A stretch of 64,000 nucleotides of DNA, from positions 11,094-75,093 of the forward strand of contig CAMFIS010000004.1 in the NCBI GenBank assembly GCA_945952345.1. The letters run 5' to 3'. The translations under genes were made by a program, and so were the position numbers. Position 1 is the stretch's first letter, and every line of letters begins with the position of its first letter. Positions 24,354-33,869 of the stretch are shown one piece after another. Source of the stretch: an uncultured Fimbriimonas sp. Lineage in GTDB: Bacteria; Armatimonadota; Fimbriimonadia; Fimbriimonadales; Fimbriimonadaceae. Below the pieces are notes generated by a model. That model did no database searches. It saw only the letters and a program-made list of their open reading frames with translations, and was not told where the DNA came from.

Positions 24354-26561
24354 TTACCCTCTTGCGAGGTTCTTAAGCTTCAGCAGCATGGCGTATGCCA
24401 ATGTCTTGTCCAGAGCTTCATTTCCCAGTTCGCAACCGGGAAGATAGAGGCAACCTGGGCATCCGGATTGACATTCGCACCGTCTTAGCCTGTCGATCGC
24501 AGCGTCGACCAGCTCGTCTGCTCGCTGGTAAATCGCCTCCGAAAGTCCGATTCCGCCCGGGGTTTGATCATAGATGAAAATGGAAGGGCAAAGGGTCTCG
24601 TGGAACATCGCGTACCAGCAGGAACCGAGGTCGTTGGGATCGCATGCGGCGAAAAGCGGAGCGAGAGAGAGGAGCGAATGTTCGACGCCGTGGACTCCGG
24701 CGGCTTGAAGTTCGAATTGCTCCATGTCGAGCTGGGGCAGTTCGACCCGAAAGCAGACCGTGTGGAAGGTTTCGGGCGGGAGCTCGAGGGCCTGAACATC
24801 CATGACGGTGTCACCATCGAAGGTCTTTCGTGAGTAGCCGATTACCTGCGAAGTGACCGCGCAACCTGACCAGGAATAAGGACCGTCCAGGAGGATGGGC
24901 TTGCCGGGTTCGAGGAATGTTTGGACCTTGGGGGACGTGTAATAGTCGCCCCGGAAGCGGGACATGCGTGCTTCCATCCGGTCGAGATCGAGTTCTAACA
25001 CTTCGAACGGATCGCCACGGTGAAGGTAAACCGCTCCTTCGTGGGCTTGCCGGAGGGCGCGCGAATATTCCATCGTACCGATCTCCTGGCCCTCGACGGT
25101 GAGGCGTACCGTCTCGCCGCCGGCTCCGCGGATGTTGATCTTGAGGGCGGGGGGATCGATGGCGGGGTAATAGAAGTGCCCGCCTTGGAACGACAGTTCA
25201 CCAGTGCGGTCCTTTTCTTCGGCGATCTCGAGGGCGTTCTCGCCGAACTGTTCGCATTCACTCGGGGCGAGGGGCCGCTCGTAGGCCGCGCACAACAGTT
25301 GGGGACCGAGGATGTTGGGGTTCTGGGGCTGGACAGTGACGTTCTCGTTGCGAACGTTGAGGAGTCTTTCCGGATTGTCCAGGAGATACTGCTCGAGGGG
25401 ATTGTCGCCCGCAATGTACATCGCCAAGGCGTCCTTGGTTCCGCGTCCAGCGCGGCCAATCTGCTGCCAGAAGCTGGCTTGCGAACCGGGGTATGTGTTT
25501 AAGATAACGGCATCTAAGTTACCGATATCGACACCGAGCTCTAGCGCATTGGTGGCGGTGATGCCCTTGATCTTGCCCTTCAAAACCGCTTGCTCGATCT
25601 GCCTTCTCTCTTTCGGAGTGTAGCCGGCGCGGTAGCTTTCCACTTGGTCGGCGAGGGATTCGTCGAGTCGTTTGCGAGTGTAGCGAAGGGTTAGCTCGGT
25701 GGCGATGCGCGAGCGGTTGAAAGCGAGGGTGGTGACCCCCGCTTCGACAAGCGACGCCAGAGCCTCGCTGGTGACGATGTTGGTGCTCAGTCGCTCCATC
25801 GAAGGGAGCAACGGCGGGTTCATGAAGACGATCGTTCGCTTGCCGCTGGGCGACCCGTCCTCATCGACCAGCACCGGCTTTCGACCCGTCAACTTCTCGA
25901 AGAGTTCGGAAGGATTGCCAATGGTGGCGGAACTGGCGATGATCTGCGGATAGTTGTGGTACCAGGCGCAGAGCCGAAGGAGTCGGCGGAGGACGAGAGC
26001 GACGTGCGATCCGAAGACGCCCCGATAGCTATGGAGTTCATCGATGGCGATAACGCGGACGGATTTGAGGAATTTGGTCCAGTTGGAGTGGCCGGGCAGG
26101 ACAGACATGTGAAGCATGTCCGGATTGGTGAGGACGATATTGCAGAGATTGCGGATTCCTGAGCGGTGACTCTTGGGAGTGTCCCCATCATATGTCGAGA
26201 CTCGAACGCTCAGTTCGGTCCCCATTGCGGCAAGCCGACCCATCTGGTCTTGAGCAAGGGCTTTGGTGGGATAGAGGAACAAAGCCCGCGCCATTGGCTC
26301 TTCGACGCAATTGGCGAGGGCAGGAATCTGAAAGCAGAGCGACTTGCCCGAGTTTGTGCCCGTAACCACCAGGACATCCTTTCCTTCGCGAGCGGCTTTG
26401 ATCGCGTCGTACTGATGCCGATAGAGTTCGGGCGGCATGACCGCCTTCACCTTGTCGGGAAGGCGGATGTCATTCAGGACGGTCTGTGCGTTCCTCCGCT
26501 CGATTTCTTCAACGTAAACGATCTGATCCGATATCTGACTAGGGAACTCAGGCGTCCTCAT
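24354..26561 (-). CDS. DEAD/DEAH-box helicase with C-terminal DUF1998 zinc module (MrfA/YprA-like)
   Basis: 735 aa. It has Walker A (TGTNSGKS), DELH (AIDELHSY), helicase C motifs (QQIGRAGRG) and a C-terminal Cys cluster (RRCECQSGCPGCLYLPGCE). Confidence 0.85.
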   Translation of the reverse strand: MRTPEFPSQISDQIVYVEEIERRNAQTVLNDIRLPDKVKAVMPPELYRHQYDAIKAAREGKDVLVVTGTNSGKSLCFQIPALANCVEEPMARALFLYPTKALAQDQMGRLAAMGTELSVRVSTYDGDTPKSHRSGIRNLCNIVLTNPDMLHMSVLPGHSNWTKFLKSVRVIAIDELHSYRGVFGSHVALVLRRLLRLCAWYHNYPQIIASSATIGNPSELFEKLTGRKPVLVDEDGSPSGKRTIVFMNPPLLPSMERLSTNIVTSEALASLVEAGVTTLAFNRSRIATELTLRYTRKRLDESLADQVESYRAGYTPKERRQIEQAVLKGKIKGITATNALELGVDIGNLDAVILNTYPGSQASFWQQIGRAGRGTKDALAMYIAGDNPLEQYLLDNPERLLNVRNENVTVQPQNPNILGPQLLCAAYERPLAPSECEQFGENALEIAEEKDRTGELSFQGGHFYYPAIDPPALKINIRGAGGETVRLTVEGQEIGTMEYSRALRQAHEGAVYLHRGDPFEVLELDLDRMEARMSRFRGDYYTSPKVQTFLEPGKPILLDGPYSWSGCAVTSQVIGYSRKTFDGDTVMDVQALELPPETFHTVCFRVELPQLDMEQFELQAAGVHGVEHSLLSLAPLFAACDPNDLGSCWYAMFHETLCPSIFIYDQTPGGIGLSEAIYQRADELVDAAIDRLRRCECQSGCPGCLYLPGCELGNEALDKTLAYAMLLKLKNLARG

Positions 26562-27522
26562 GGTCAGATTCGGTCGGCTTCGTTGCCTGATCCTTGAAGT
26601 CGTTATCGGGCTGCTTCAGCGCTTTCTTGCCTTTCTTCGATGATTCCTCGTCGTCGTCCTCGAATCCGCCAAACAGGAATTCTGACTGTTTCTTGCCCTT
26701 TTGGACATATCGCACGGCGTACGCGCTAATCATAAAGAGGATGGTGAGCGGAATCGCCATCATCAGCATCGTTGGGATGTCGTTGCTGGGGGTGATGGCG
26801 CCGGAGATGAAGAAGATCGCAACGGCGCCCTGCCGCCAGTACTTCATGAGCGTTCTGGAGGACAGCAGGTTGAGCGAGCCGAGGATGAAGACGACAAGCG
26901 GAAGCTGAAAGCCGATGCCGAATGCGAGAATGCTCTTAAGGGAGAACATCGCCATTGTGCCGGCTTCCTGGTTCAGGTCCGTTTGCTTAAAGTAGACGAG
27001 GTAATCGGCAAACCAACTGAACGCTGCGGGGAGGATGAGCCAGCAGAAGAAGGCTCCCATGCAGAAGAGGAATAGGCTGACTGGCCCAATCCGCTTCAGG
27101 GGCTTTTGCTCTTCGGGCTTGAGGCCTGGAGCAATGAAACCCCATAGCTGCATCACGAGCAAGGGGAAGGAAAAGACCAATGCCAAGTAAAACGAGACCT
27201 TGAACACGAGCATGAACGGGTCAGACGCGTGTAGAAATTGCTCCGAGAACTTGGAACCTGGAGGTAGATGTGCTCGAACTGCGGCGACGGCACGATCGGT
27301 GAGGAGGTTATAGACAGGCGTGAACGCAAACCAGGCGATGATCCAGAAACCGCAAACGATAAGAAAGCTTCGGATGATCCGCTGGCGCAGCTCTTCGAGA
27401 TGTTCGCCGAGGGATAAACGAAAATTCTCCGGATCGTGATCCGGAGAATTCCATGGGAGGTTTCGTTTCGGCTTCCCTTGCCGTTTTTCCGTACTTTCGT
27501 CCTCTTGGCGGTTTTCGTCCAC
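26548..27522 (-). CDS. tatC: twin-arginine translocase subunit TatC
   Basis: 324 aa. It has the LGEHLEELRQRIIRS signature, six TM helices, and extended charged N- and C-terminal tails. It overlaps the helicase start by 14 nt. Confidence 0.9.
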   Translation of the reverse strand: MDENRQEDESTEKRQGKPKRNLPWNSPDHDPENFRLSLGEHLEELRQRIIRSFLIVCGFWIIAWFAFTPVYNLLTDRAVAAVRAHLPPGSKFSEQFLHASDPFMLVFKVSFYLALVFSFPLLVMQLWGFIAPGLKPEEQKPLKRIGPVSLFLFCMGAFFCWLILPAAFSWFADYLVYFKQTDLNQEAGTMAMFSLKSILAFGIGFQLPLVVFILGSLNLLSSRTLMKYWRQGAVAIFFISGAITPSNDIPTMLMMAIPLTILFMISAYAVRYVQKGKKQSEFLFGGFEDDDEESSKKGKKALKQPDNDFKDQATKPTESDHEDA

Positions 27523-27531
27523 CTTTAGAGT

Positions 27532-29016
27532 TTACTTCTCAAGAACAAAAAGCATCTGCATTCGGACTCGAACAAATCCTGCGCTGCCGCTTTGTTGTCC
27601 AGTTCCCATGCCTCCGCCTTGGCCCATACCGGGTGCGCCAGGTGCGCCCATGCCAGGTCCACCGGTCGGTCGTCCGCCTTGTCCGGGAGCGCCTCGGCTC
27701 GGTCCTTGGTGGAAGTCGCCGGCATTGATGCCGCCATTTCCGCCCTTACCGTTGCTTCGAGGACCTGAACTGCCTTGACCAGCTGAAGTGGGACCTTGCG
27801 ATGCTCCACCGCCGCTACCGCCGTCGGTGAGACCGAAGTCGGCCTTACCTTCTACGGTGATGTCGCGGAAGTACTTGATGACGGTGCCGGTGTCGAGGGC
27901 GAACCAGATCGTTTCTTCCATCGAAACCTTTCGGTCGGAAATCTTCGTTCCGCCAGGACCCTCAGCGCTTGCGCCTCGGACCTTGCTTGGCGCCGAACCT
28001 TGAGCGATCGAATTCTTGATCTTTGCGCAAGGATGGCCCATTTCCCATTCCACGCCGAGGAACTCGCCTCGGGCAGGAACGATTTCGACCACTGACTTCT
28101 GCGTGTGCAGATTTTGGAGGTCGATGGATCCGAGCTGGAAGTTGGACTGCCAGGTGGACATGACCGGGTCGCCCGGCTTCACTCGCTTCGAAGGAAGCGT
28201 GGGAAGCGGGAAGTCGGCCCAGAGGCTGTATCGAGCGCCGACGCCTGCATTTCCATCGAGTCCGAAGTAGTCAGGAATTGCGCCAAACTGCTCTCGACCT
28301 TGCGGAGTAACTCGCATGTAGATGCCAGCCATGTCTTCAGGATAAATCTTCTTGGGTACGCCGCCCGAACTGCTCGTCGTCAGGTAAGCGAATTCTCGAT
28401 TCTTGATTCCCTTGTCCGGCACGACTTGCATCCGAATGAGGCCGTCGCCATTGGAGTAAGAGTTGTCGCATGCGTACAGCATCTTGAGTGACTCACCTTC
28501 TTCTTGAATCTGGAAGGGGCGGGAGCCCTGCTTCTTCTGATTCTCCTCGGTGATAGCGCTGGTGAAAACTCGTTGCTGAAGTCGGTAGATATGTTCGGTT
28601 CCGGGCACGAACTTGTACTTAAGCATGAAGCCATCCTCGGGAACCGGGATGCTCGTTTCGTTTGCAATCACGACGTCGACGCTCGAGGTGTCGACAATGC
28701 GCGGCTGGTTGCTGTAGTCCACATAAAGCTTGGCTTCCAGTTTGTGGTTGCCATCCTTAAATGCCTTGGTATCCAAGGTGTATTCGAAATACTTCTTATC
28801 GGCCGAAAGCTTGGGCGAGATCGCCTCGACAAATTCGCCGTCCACGAAGATGCCGACGTATCCCGTATCCTTGGGAACGCTGCTAGCCGGGAAGAGGACC
28901 TTGACCATTTCACGAACCTTGGAGCCATCGAATGGCCTCACAATCGTGAAGGAGCCCTGCGCCACTGCGAACAGTGTGGCACCGGCAAAAATTAAGCTAC
29001 TTAATGCCCGTTTCAT
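27532..29016 (-). CDS. secreted protein with Gly-rich C-terminal region
   Basis: 494 aa with a signal peptide (MKRALSSLIFAGATLFAVAQG) and a beta-rich body. About 90 aa are Gly/Pro/Ser/Gln-rich (GGSGGGASQGPTSAGQGSSGPRSNGKGGNGG...GMGQGGGMGTGQQSG), followed by a short hydrophobic/basic terminus. It lies 9 nt upstream of tatC. Confidence 0.6.
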   Translation of the reverse strand: MKRALSSLIFAGATLFAVAQGSFTIVRPFDGSKVREMVKVLFPASSVPKDTGYVGIFVDGEFVEAISPKLSADKKYFEYTLDTKAFKDGNHKLEAKLYVDYSNQPRIVDTSSVDVVIANETSIPVPEDGFMLKYKFVPGTEHIYRLQQRVFTSAITEENQKKQGSRPFQIQEEGESLKMLYACDNSYSNGDGLIRMQVVPDKGIKNREFAYLTTSSSGGVPKKIYPEDMAGIYMRVTPQGREQFGAIPDYFGLDGNAGVGARYSLWADFPLPTLPSKRVKPGDPVMSTWQSNFQLGSIDLQNLHTQKSVVEIVPARGEFLGVEWEMGHPCAKIKNSIAQGSAPSKVRGASAEGPGGTKISDRKVSMEETIWFALDTGTVIKYFRDITVEGKADFGLTDGGSGGGASQGPTSAGQGSSGPRSNGKGGNGGINAGDFHQGPSRGAPGQGGRPTGGPGMGAPGAPGMGQGGGMGTGQQSGSAGFVRVRMQMLFVLEK

Positions 29017-29137
29017 ATCGTCTGTAATATCTCCGGAATTCTTGTCTACCGATATTGACGCCCCATTTTAGCGTGAAGTTACACCTTCCGACAAGGGTTT
29101 TCCCGGCATAATTCTAAATGAAGCCTCCTGGACCTCC

Positions 29138-31348
29138 ATGAATTCCCACTCTGCCGACCTGAATCTCGACTCCCTGAACCCGGAGCAGTTCGAGGCGGTA
29201 GCCTATCCTGCGGGCCCTCTCCTCATTTTTGCCGGGGCTGGATCGGGCAAAACCAGAGTCATTACCACTCGAATCGCTCGACTTCTGAACGATGGCGTGC
29301 CGCCGTATCGAATCCTTGCCGTCACGTTTACCAACAAGGCGGCTCGCGAGATGTTGGAACGCATCGAAAAAATGGCGGGGGAGAAGTCGAAGGGTATGTG
29401 GATTGGCACATTTCACTCCATTTGCGCTCGGATTTTGCGCATGGAAGGATCGGCGATCGGGATCGACCGAAACTTTGTGATCTACGACGATGGCGATCAG
29501 CTGTCGCTAGTCAAAGACATTCTGAAGCAGAAGAACATCGACGATAAGTCGATTCAGCCGCGAGCGGTCCTGAACGAAATCTCGAACGCAAAAGAGAAAC
29601 TCCAATCGCCGGAAACCTATGCGGGTCGAGCGGCTGGGTTTTTCGAGCAAACGGTGTCCGGTATCTATAAGGTGTATAACCAGTCGCTGCAGAGGGCCAA
29701 CGCGTTGGACTTCGACGACATTCTCTATTACGCCAACCGCCTGTTCGAGCAGCGAAGAGAAGTGCTGGAGAAATACCAAGAGCGATTCCTGCATGTGCTC
29801 GTGGACGAGTACCAGGACGTGAATCTGGCTCAGTACAACATCGTGCACATGATTGCAGGCAAGCACCGCAACGTGGTGGTGGTGGGCGACGATGACCAGT
29901 CGATCTACGCCTGGCGCGGGGCGGATGTGAGTTTGATTCTGAGATTTGGCAGCGACTATCCGGATGCCAAGATCGTGAAGTTGGAGCGAAACTACCGCTC
30001 GACACAGACGATTCTGACCGCAGCCAACGAGGTCATCAAGAAGAATCGCTCGCGCGCGAACAAACAGTTATGGACCGACAACGGCGAGGGCGCGCCGGTC
30101 TCGCTGACAATGTCGGGCACTGAGCAAGAAGAGGCGATGAACATCGCGACTCAGATCGTGAACGATGTTCGACGGGGTCGGAGAACTTACCGCGACTTTG
30201 CAGTTTTATACCGAACCAACGCCCAGAGCCGAGTTTTGGAAGAAGCCTTCCTCACCATGCGGGTGCCACACATTCTGATCGGCGGGCAGCGGTTCTACGA
30301 GCGCAAGGAGATCAAGGACATGCTGGCGTACCTGCGGTTGATCTACAACGCAAGGGACGACATCAGCTTCAAGCGAATCATCAACGTACCGGCTCGCGGC
30401 ATTGGAAACACCGCCGTCGCGGCAATGGAGGAGTTTGTTCGCCGCACCGAGCAGACGTTCTTCGATGCCGCCAACGATCAGGGCGTCCAAGCCGGATTGC
30501 AAAAGAAAGCCGCGAGTTCGATGGGAGTATTTTGTGACGCCATCCGCGAAGCTCAGGAGCTGGCCGACCAAGGTCCGGTAACGCCGGTGCTTCGGCTCAT
30601 CATGAACCAGAGCGGTTACTTGGAAGCTTTGAAGCAGGATCACAGCGACGACAGCATCGCTCGGTTGGAGAACTTGCAGGAACTCCTCAACGTGACGAGC
30701 CAATACGACGAGACGTCGGACGAACCTTCTCTGGGAGGTTTCCTCGAGAGCGTGGCGCTGGTGGCCGACATCGATAACTTGGTAGAAGGTGGCGACGCGG
30801 TAACGCTGATGACGCTGCACTCGGCAAAGGGCCTCGAGTTCCCGGTCGTGTTCCTGGCGGGATTGGAAGAAGGCGTCTTCCCGCACTCTCGGTCGCTTTA
30901 TTCGGATTCGGAATTGGAAGAAGAGCGGCGGTTGGCGTATGTGGGCATGACTCGCGCTCGCGAGGAGCTGCACCTCAGCCATGCGCATCGCCGGTCCCTG
31001 TACGGAATGCCGAACTTTAACGCTCGCTCGCGATTTGTCGACGACGTTCCAGCGCAAATTCTGGATATTCGTGGCGATGCCGGATATGTTTACAATCCGC
31101 CGGTGCGGGCCGTAACCCAGATGCGAACGGGCACGTATACGATTACCGAGCCCCAAGCGCCGAAACCCGAGCGGGTGGTGAAGCCCCTGTTCGACGTGGG
31201 TGATAGAGTCAAACACGCGAAGTTTGGAATCGGAATCGTGGTGGCTTGCAATCCGATCAAGGACGACTCGGAAGTGACAGTTGCGTTTACAGGTGTCACC
31301 GGCGTGAAGAAATTGGTGCAAAAGCTCGCTAAACTGGAAAAGGTATGA
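29138..31348 (+). CDS. pcrA: ATP-dependent DNA helicase PcrA/UvrD
   Basis: 736 aa with UvrD family motifs: AGAGSGKT, VDEYQDVN, VGDDDQSIYAWRGA, NYRST, LHSAKGLEFPVVF, YVGMTRA. Confidence 0.92.
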   Translation: MNSHSADLNLDSLNPEQFEAVAYPAGPLLIFAGAGSGKTRVITTRIARLLNDGVPPYRILAVTFTNKAAREMLERIEKMAGEKSKGMWIGTFHSICARILRMEGSAIGIDRNFVIYDDGDQLSLVKDILKQKNIDDKSIQPRAVLNEISNAKEKLQSPETYAGRAAGFFEQTVSGIYKVYNQSLQRANALDFDDILYYANRLFEQRREVLEKYQERFLHVLVDEYQDVNLAQYNIVHMIAGKHRNVVVVGDDDQSIYAWRGADVSLILRFGSDYPDAKIVKLERNYRSTQTILTAANEVIKKNRSRANKQLWTDNGEGAPVSLTMSGTEQEEAMNIATQIVNDVRRGRRTYRDFAVLYRTNAQSRVLEEAFLTMRVPHILIGGQRFYERKEIKDMLAYLRLIYNARDDISFKRIINVPARGIGNTAVAAMEEFVRRTEQTFFDAANDQGVQAGLQKKAASSMGVFCDAIREAQELADQGPVTPVLRLIMNQSGYLEALKQDHSDDSIARLENLQELLNVTSQYDETSDEPSLGGFLESVALVADIDNLVEGGDAVTLMTLHSAKGLEFPVVFLAGLEEGVFPHSRSLYSDSELEEERRLAYVGMTRAREELHLSHAHRRSLYGMPNFNARSRFVDDVPAQILDIRGDAGYVYNPPVRAVTQMRTGTYTITEPQAPKPERVVKPLFDVGDRVKHAKFGIGIVVACNPIKDDSEVTVAFTGVTGVKKLVQKLAKLEKV

Positions 31349-31947
31349 AGCGTCTCGACATCTTGTTGCCGTTGGGTTGCGTGGTGGCCTGCGGGCAGGG
31401 TGGTCCGTCATACATGCCGCTGGTCGACGAGAAGCAGTGGACCTACAACGTCGTCAGTAATTTTCAGAACAACGTTCAGAAGTTCACCGTGGCCGGGCAT
31501 ACGAGCGTTGGTGGTGTCGACGGCCGAGTCATCTCAAGCGAAATGGGTGAATCGCGATTGGCGTGGGACCGCAGAAAGCTGATCTGTTCCGAGATGGGAA
31601 GTACGGTGTTCATTCCTCCCATTCCGATCTTTATGGAAGACAAGATTCCCGAAAAGAAAAAAGGGCGAGAGTCGGAATTGATGCCCGCGACCGATTGGTC
31701 GGGAACGTTTCAGGCCCTGGGCAAGACCCGCCACGCCAAGGGAATTCTGAGCCAGAGCCGGGGAGTCTTGCAGTCGCAGAACGGTGACCTCGACGTGGTG
31801 GAGACCGTGTTCAAAGTCCAAATTGAAGGCGCGAAAGACGATGTTCCGCTCGAGATTCGAACCTGGTTTGCGAGGGGAATTGGCATTGTTCGGCAAGAGC
31901 AGCGCACCGACCGCAATTTGGTCGTAAGTTTAGAATTGTTAAGGTAA
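31345..31947 (+). CDS. putative lipoprotein
   Basis: 200 aa with a signal peptide plus lipobox (LLPLGCVVACGQG). It overlaps the pcrA stop by 4 nt. Confidence 0.55.
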   Translation: MKRLDILLPLGCVVACGQGGPSYMPLVDEKQWTYNVVSNFQNNVQKFTVAGHTSVGGVDGRVISSEMGESRLAWDRRKLICSEMGSTVFIPPIPIFMEDKIPEKKKGRESELMPATDWSGTFQALGKTRHAKGILSQSRGVLQSQNGDLDVVETVFKVQIEGAKDDVPLEIRTWFARGIGIVRQEQRTDRNLVVSLELLR

Positions 31948-31952
31948 ATCGA

Positions 31953-32645
31953 ATGGCAGAGCAAGTTAGTATCTCCGGTCCCAAGTTGATCACGGTGAAG
32001 GATGTGAAGGCCAATCCGAAGGTCAAGAAGTTGATCGACGGGGCGAACGAGGTGATGAAGGCGATGGGCTACACCGAGCATGGCCACCGCCACGTAGGCG
32101 TGGTCTCGTCGATCACTCGGTACATCTTGGAGAACCTGGGGACTGCACCCCGTGACGTCGAGCTGGGAATGATCGCGGGATACCTGCACGATATTGGGAA
32201 CGTGATCAATCGCATCAATCACCCGATGCATGGCGCAGCGATTTCGTTTACGATCCTGAATGAAATGGGAATGGACTGCTTGGAGATTGCGCCGATTCTG
32301 GGCGCGATTGGTAATCACGAAGAGACCGGCGGCATGGCGATCTCGACGATGAGCGCGGCGCTGATCATCGCGGACAAGAGCGACGTCCACTTCAGCCGAG
32401 TTCAGAACCCAATTGTGGAGACGTATGACATCCACGACCGTGTGAATGCGGCGGTGCAGAAGAGCCGGGTGGAGATGGACAACGACGCGCGGACGATCCA
32501 GTTGACGCTGGAGATCGATACGACGCTGGCCACGGTGATGGAGTACTTCGAGATTTTCTTGAACCGTATGATCATGTGCCGGCAGTCGGCGGAGCTGTTT
32601 GGCTACGAGTTCAAGCTGAGCGTGAACGGGACGCTGCTCGAATAG
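31953..32645 (+). CDS. HD-domain phosphohydrolase
   Basis: 230 aa with an H...HD signature (EHGHRHVGVV...AGYLHDIGN) and further His residues (NHPMHG, GNHEE). Confidence 0.75.
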   Translation: MAEQVSISGPKLITVKDVKANPKVKKLIDGANEVMKAMGYTEHGHRHVGVVSSITRYILENLGTAPRDVELGMIAGYLHDIGNVINRINHPMHGAAISFTILNEMGMDCLEIAPILGAIGNHEETGGMAISTMSAALIIADKSDVHFSRVQNPIVETYDIHDRVNAAVQKSRVEMDNDARTIQLTLEIDTTLATVMEYFEIFLNRMIMCRQSAELFGYEFKLSVNGTLLE

Positions 32646-32670
32646 CTGCAGGGCCAGCGGAAGAAGCGCA

Positions 32671-32858
32671 GGAAGCGGCAAAGCCAGCGCAAAGAAGGAA
32701 AAGAAGTAAGGGAAGATATCTTTTGCTTTCGGATTGGCAAGCAATCTCTCGATTCGAGGATGAGTTCACTGGCGCGCACCGAAAACGGCAGGCAAGAGTG
32801 GATGGTTTCCTCCGCTGGCTTTGCCGCTTCCCCGCGCTTCTTTGCGCTTCCCTCACTC
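32671..32858. repeat. 19-bp perfect inverted repeat pair plus CT-rich module upstream of rpsF
   Basis: GGAAGCGGCAAAGCCAGCG (32671-32689) is the exact reverse complement of CGCTGGCTTTGCCGCTTCC (32813-32831). AGCGCAAAGAAG (32686-32697) is inverted at 32837-32848. The right arm plus CTTCCCTCACTC (32847-32858) recurs at 19544-19578. Confidence 0.9.
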
Positions 32859-32932
32859 CCCCAATGTGGTATCCTTTCCATTCCACTCTCTGTTCCGGCT
32901 GCGTCCGGAGCTGACAGACCAAAGGGAGCAAA

Positions 32933-33226
32933 ATGGCAAACAAGAATTACGAAGCGATTTACATCGTTCGCCCGGACCTCAAGGACGGCGACATTCAGAA
33001 GATTACCGACCGATTTAAGAAGGTCGTCGAGGACAAAGGCGGCGAAGTCGCCAAGGCTGAGAAGTGGGAGAAGCGAAAGCTTGCTTACGAAATCGCCGGT
33101 CTGAAAGAAGGCAACTACATCCTCATGGACTTCACGGCTCCTGGCGATGCGATCGCTGAGTTGAACCGATTGATGCGAATCAGCGACGACGTGGTGCGCC
33201 ACCTCGTAACGCTCAAAGAGGCCTAA
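32933..33226 (+). CDS. rpsF: 30S ribosomal protein S6
   Basis: 97 aa. MANKNYEAIYIVRPDL...KWEKRKLAYEI...GNYILMDF is the typical S6 signature. Confidence 0.95.
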   Translation: MANKNYEAIYIVRPDLKDGDIQKITDRFKKVVEDKGGEVAKAEKWEKRKLAYEIAGLKEGNYILMDFTAPGDAIAELNRLMRISDDVVRHLVTLKEA

Positions 33227-33231
33227 GAACC

Positions 33232-33681
33232 ATGAGCGTGAACCGCGTTGTTTTGATCGGACGCCTGACCCGCGATCCCGAATTGCGAACGACCAGCACG
33301 GGTAAAAACGTGGTCGAATTCAGCATCGCGGTTAACAAGCGCATTAAGCCTCAGGACGGCTCGCCGGACGCGGACTTTTTCCGCATTAAGGCATGGGGCC
33401 AGACGGCAGATTACGTCAACAACTACCTTGCCAAGGGCCGATTGGTCGCAGTCGACGGTCGCCTCGAGACCCGAAAGTGGACGGACCAGAACGGTTCGAA
33501 CCGAGAGACCGTGGAAGTGGTTGCGGATAACGTGAATGGCCTCGATCGACCCCGCGACGGTGAAGGCGGCGGTGGTGGTGGAAACTACGAAGGCGGAAAC
33601 AGTGGCGGCGGTCAGCGCGCGTCGCGACCGGTTTCAGCTGCGCCGAGCGAAGACGAATACGATCCGTTTGCGGACGAATAA
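33232..33681 (+). CDS. ssb: single-stranded DNA-binding protein
   Basis: 149 aa. It has an OB-fold N-terminus (MSVNRVVLIGRLTRDPELRTTSTGKNVVEFSIAVNK...), a Gly-rich linker and an acidic tip (DEYDPFADE). Confidence 0.95.
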   Translation: MSVNRVVLIGRLTRDPELRTTSTGKNVVEFSIAVNKRIKPQDGSPDADFFRIKAWGQTADYVNNYLAKGRLVAVDGRLETRKWTDQNGSNRETVEVVADNVNGLDRPRDGEGGGGGGNYEGGNSGGGQRASRPVSAAPSEDEYDPFADE

Positions 33682-33749
33682 GCCGGAGCATGGGCGTCTC
33701 GCCCGTGGAACGAAAAAGCGAGTGCGGGAATCCGGACTCGCTTTCTTGT
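33674..33749 (+). repeat. 76-nt repeat copy 1 (ssb 3' end + double hairpin + T-tract)
   Basis: ACGAATAAGCCGGAGCATGGGCGTCTCGCCCGTGGAACGAAAAAGCGAGTGCGGGAATCCGGACTCGCTTTCTTGT. It contains GGGCG-TCT-CGCCC and AGCGAGT...ACTCGCT stems and includes the ssb stop codon. Confidence 0.9.
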
Positions 33750-33869
33750 TTTAGAGCCCCGGGCACAGAAGAAGGAATCAGTGGTCATTTTTGTCGGAGC
33801 GTGTTTCGCTATCCCCCGGTTCGTTCCTCACCGACCCCTTCGCCAAGGGGTAGTTTAGGATATCTGCGC

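Noticed and set aside
23638-24447. 269-aa plus-strand ORF over the DAHP synthase gene.
   Set aside because: It is antisense to a strongly supported aroF-type CDS and has shadow-frame composition.
30206-32744. 401-aa (30206-31411) and 344-aa (31710-32744) minus-strand ORFs.
   Set aside because: They are antisense to pcrA, the lipoprotein gene and the HD-domain gene. They are low-complexity and Arg/His/Leu-rich, and they cross gene boundaries of the sense strand.
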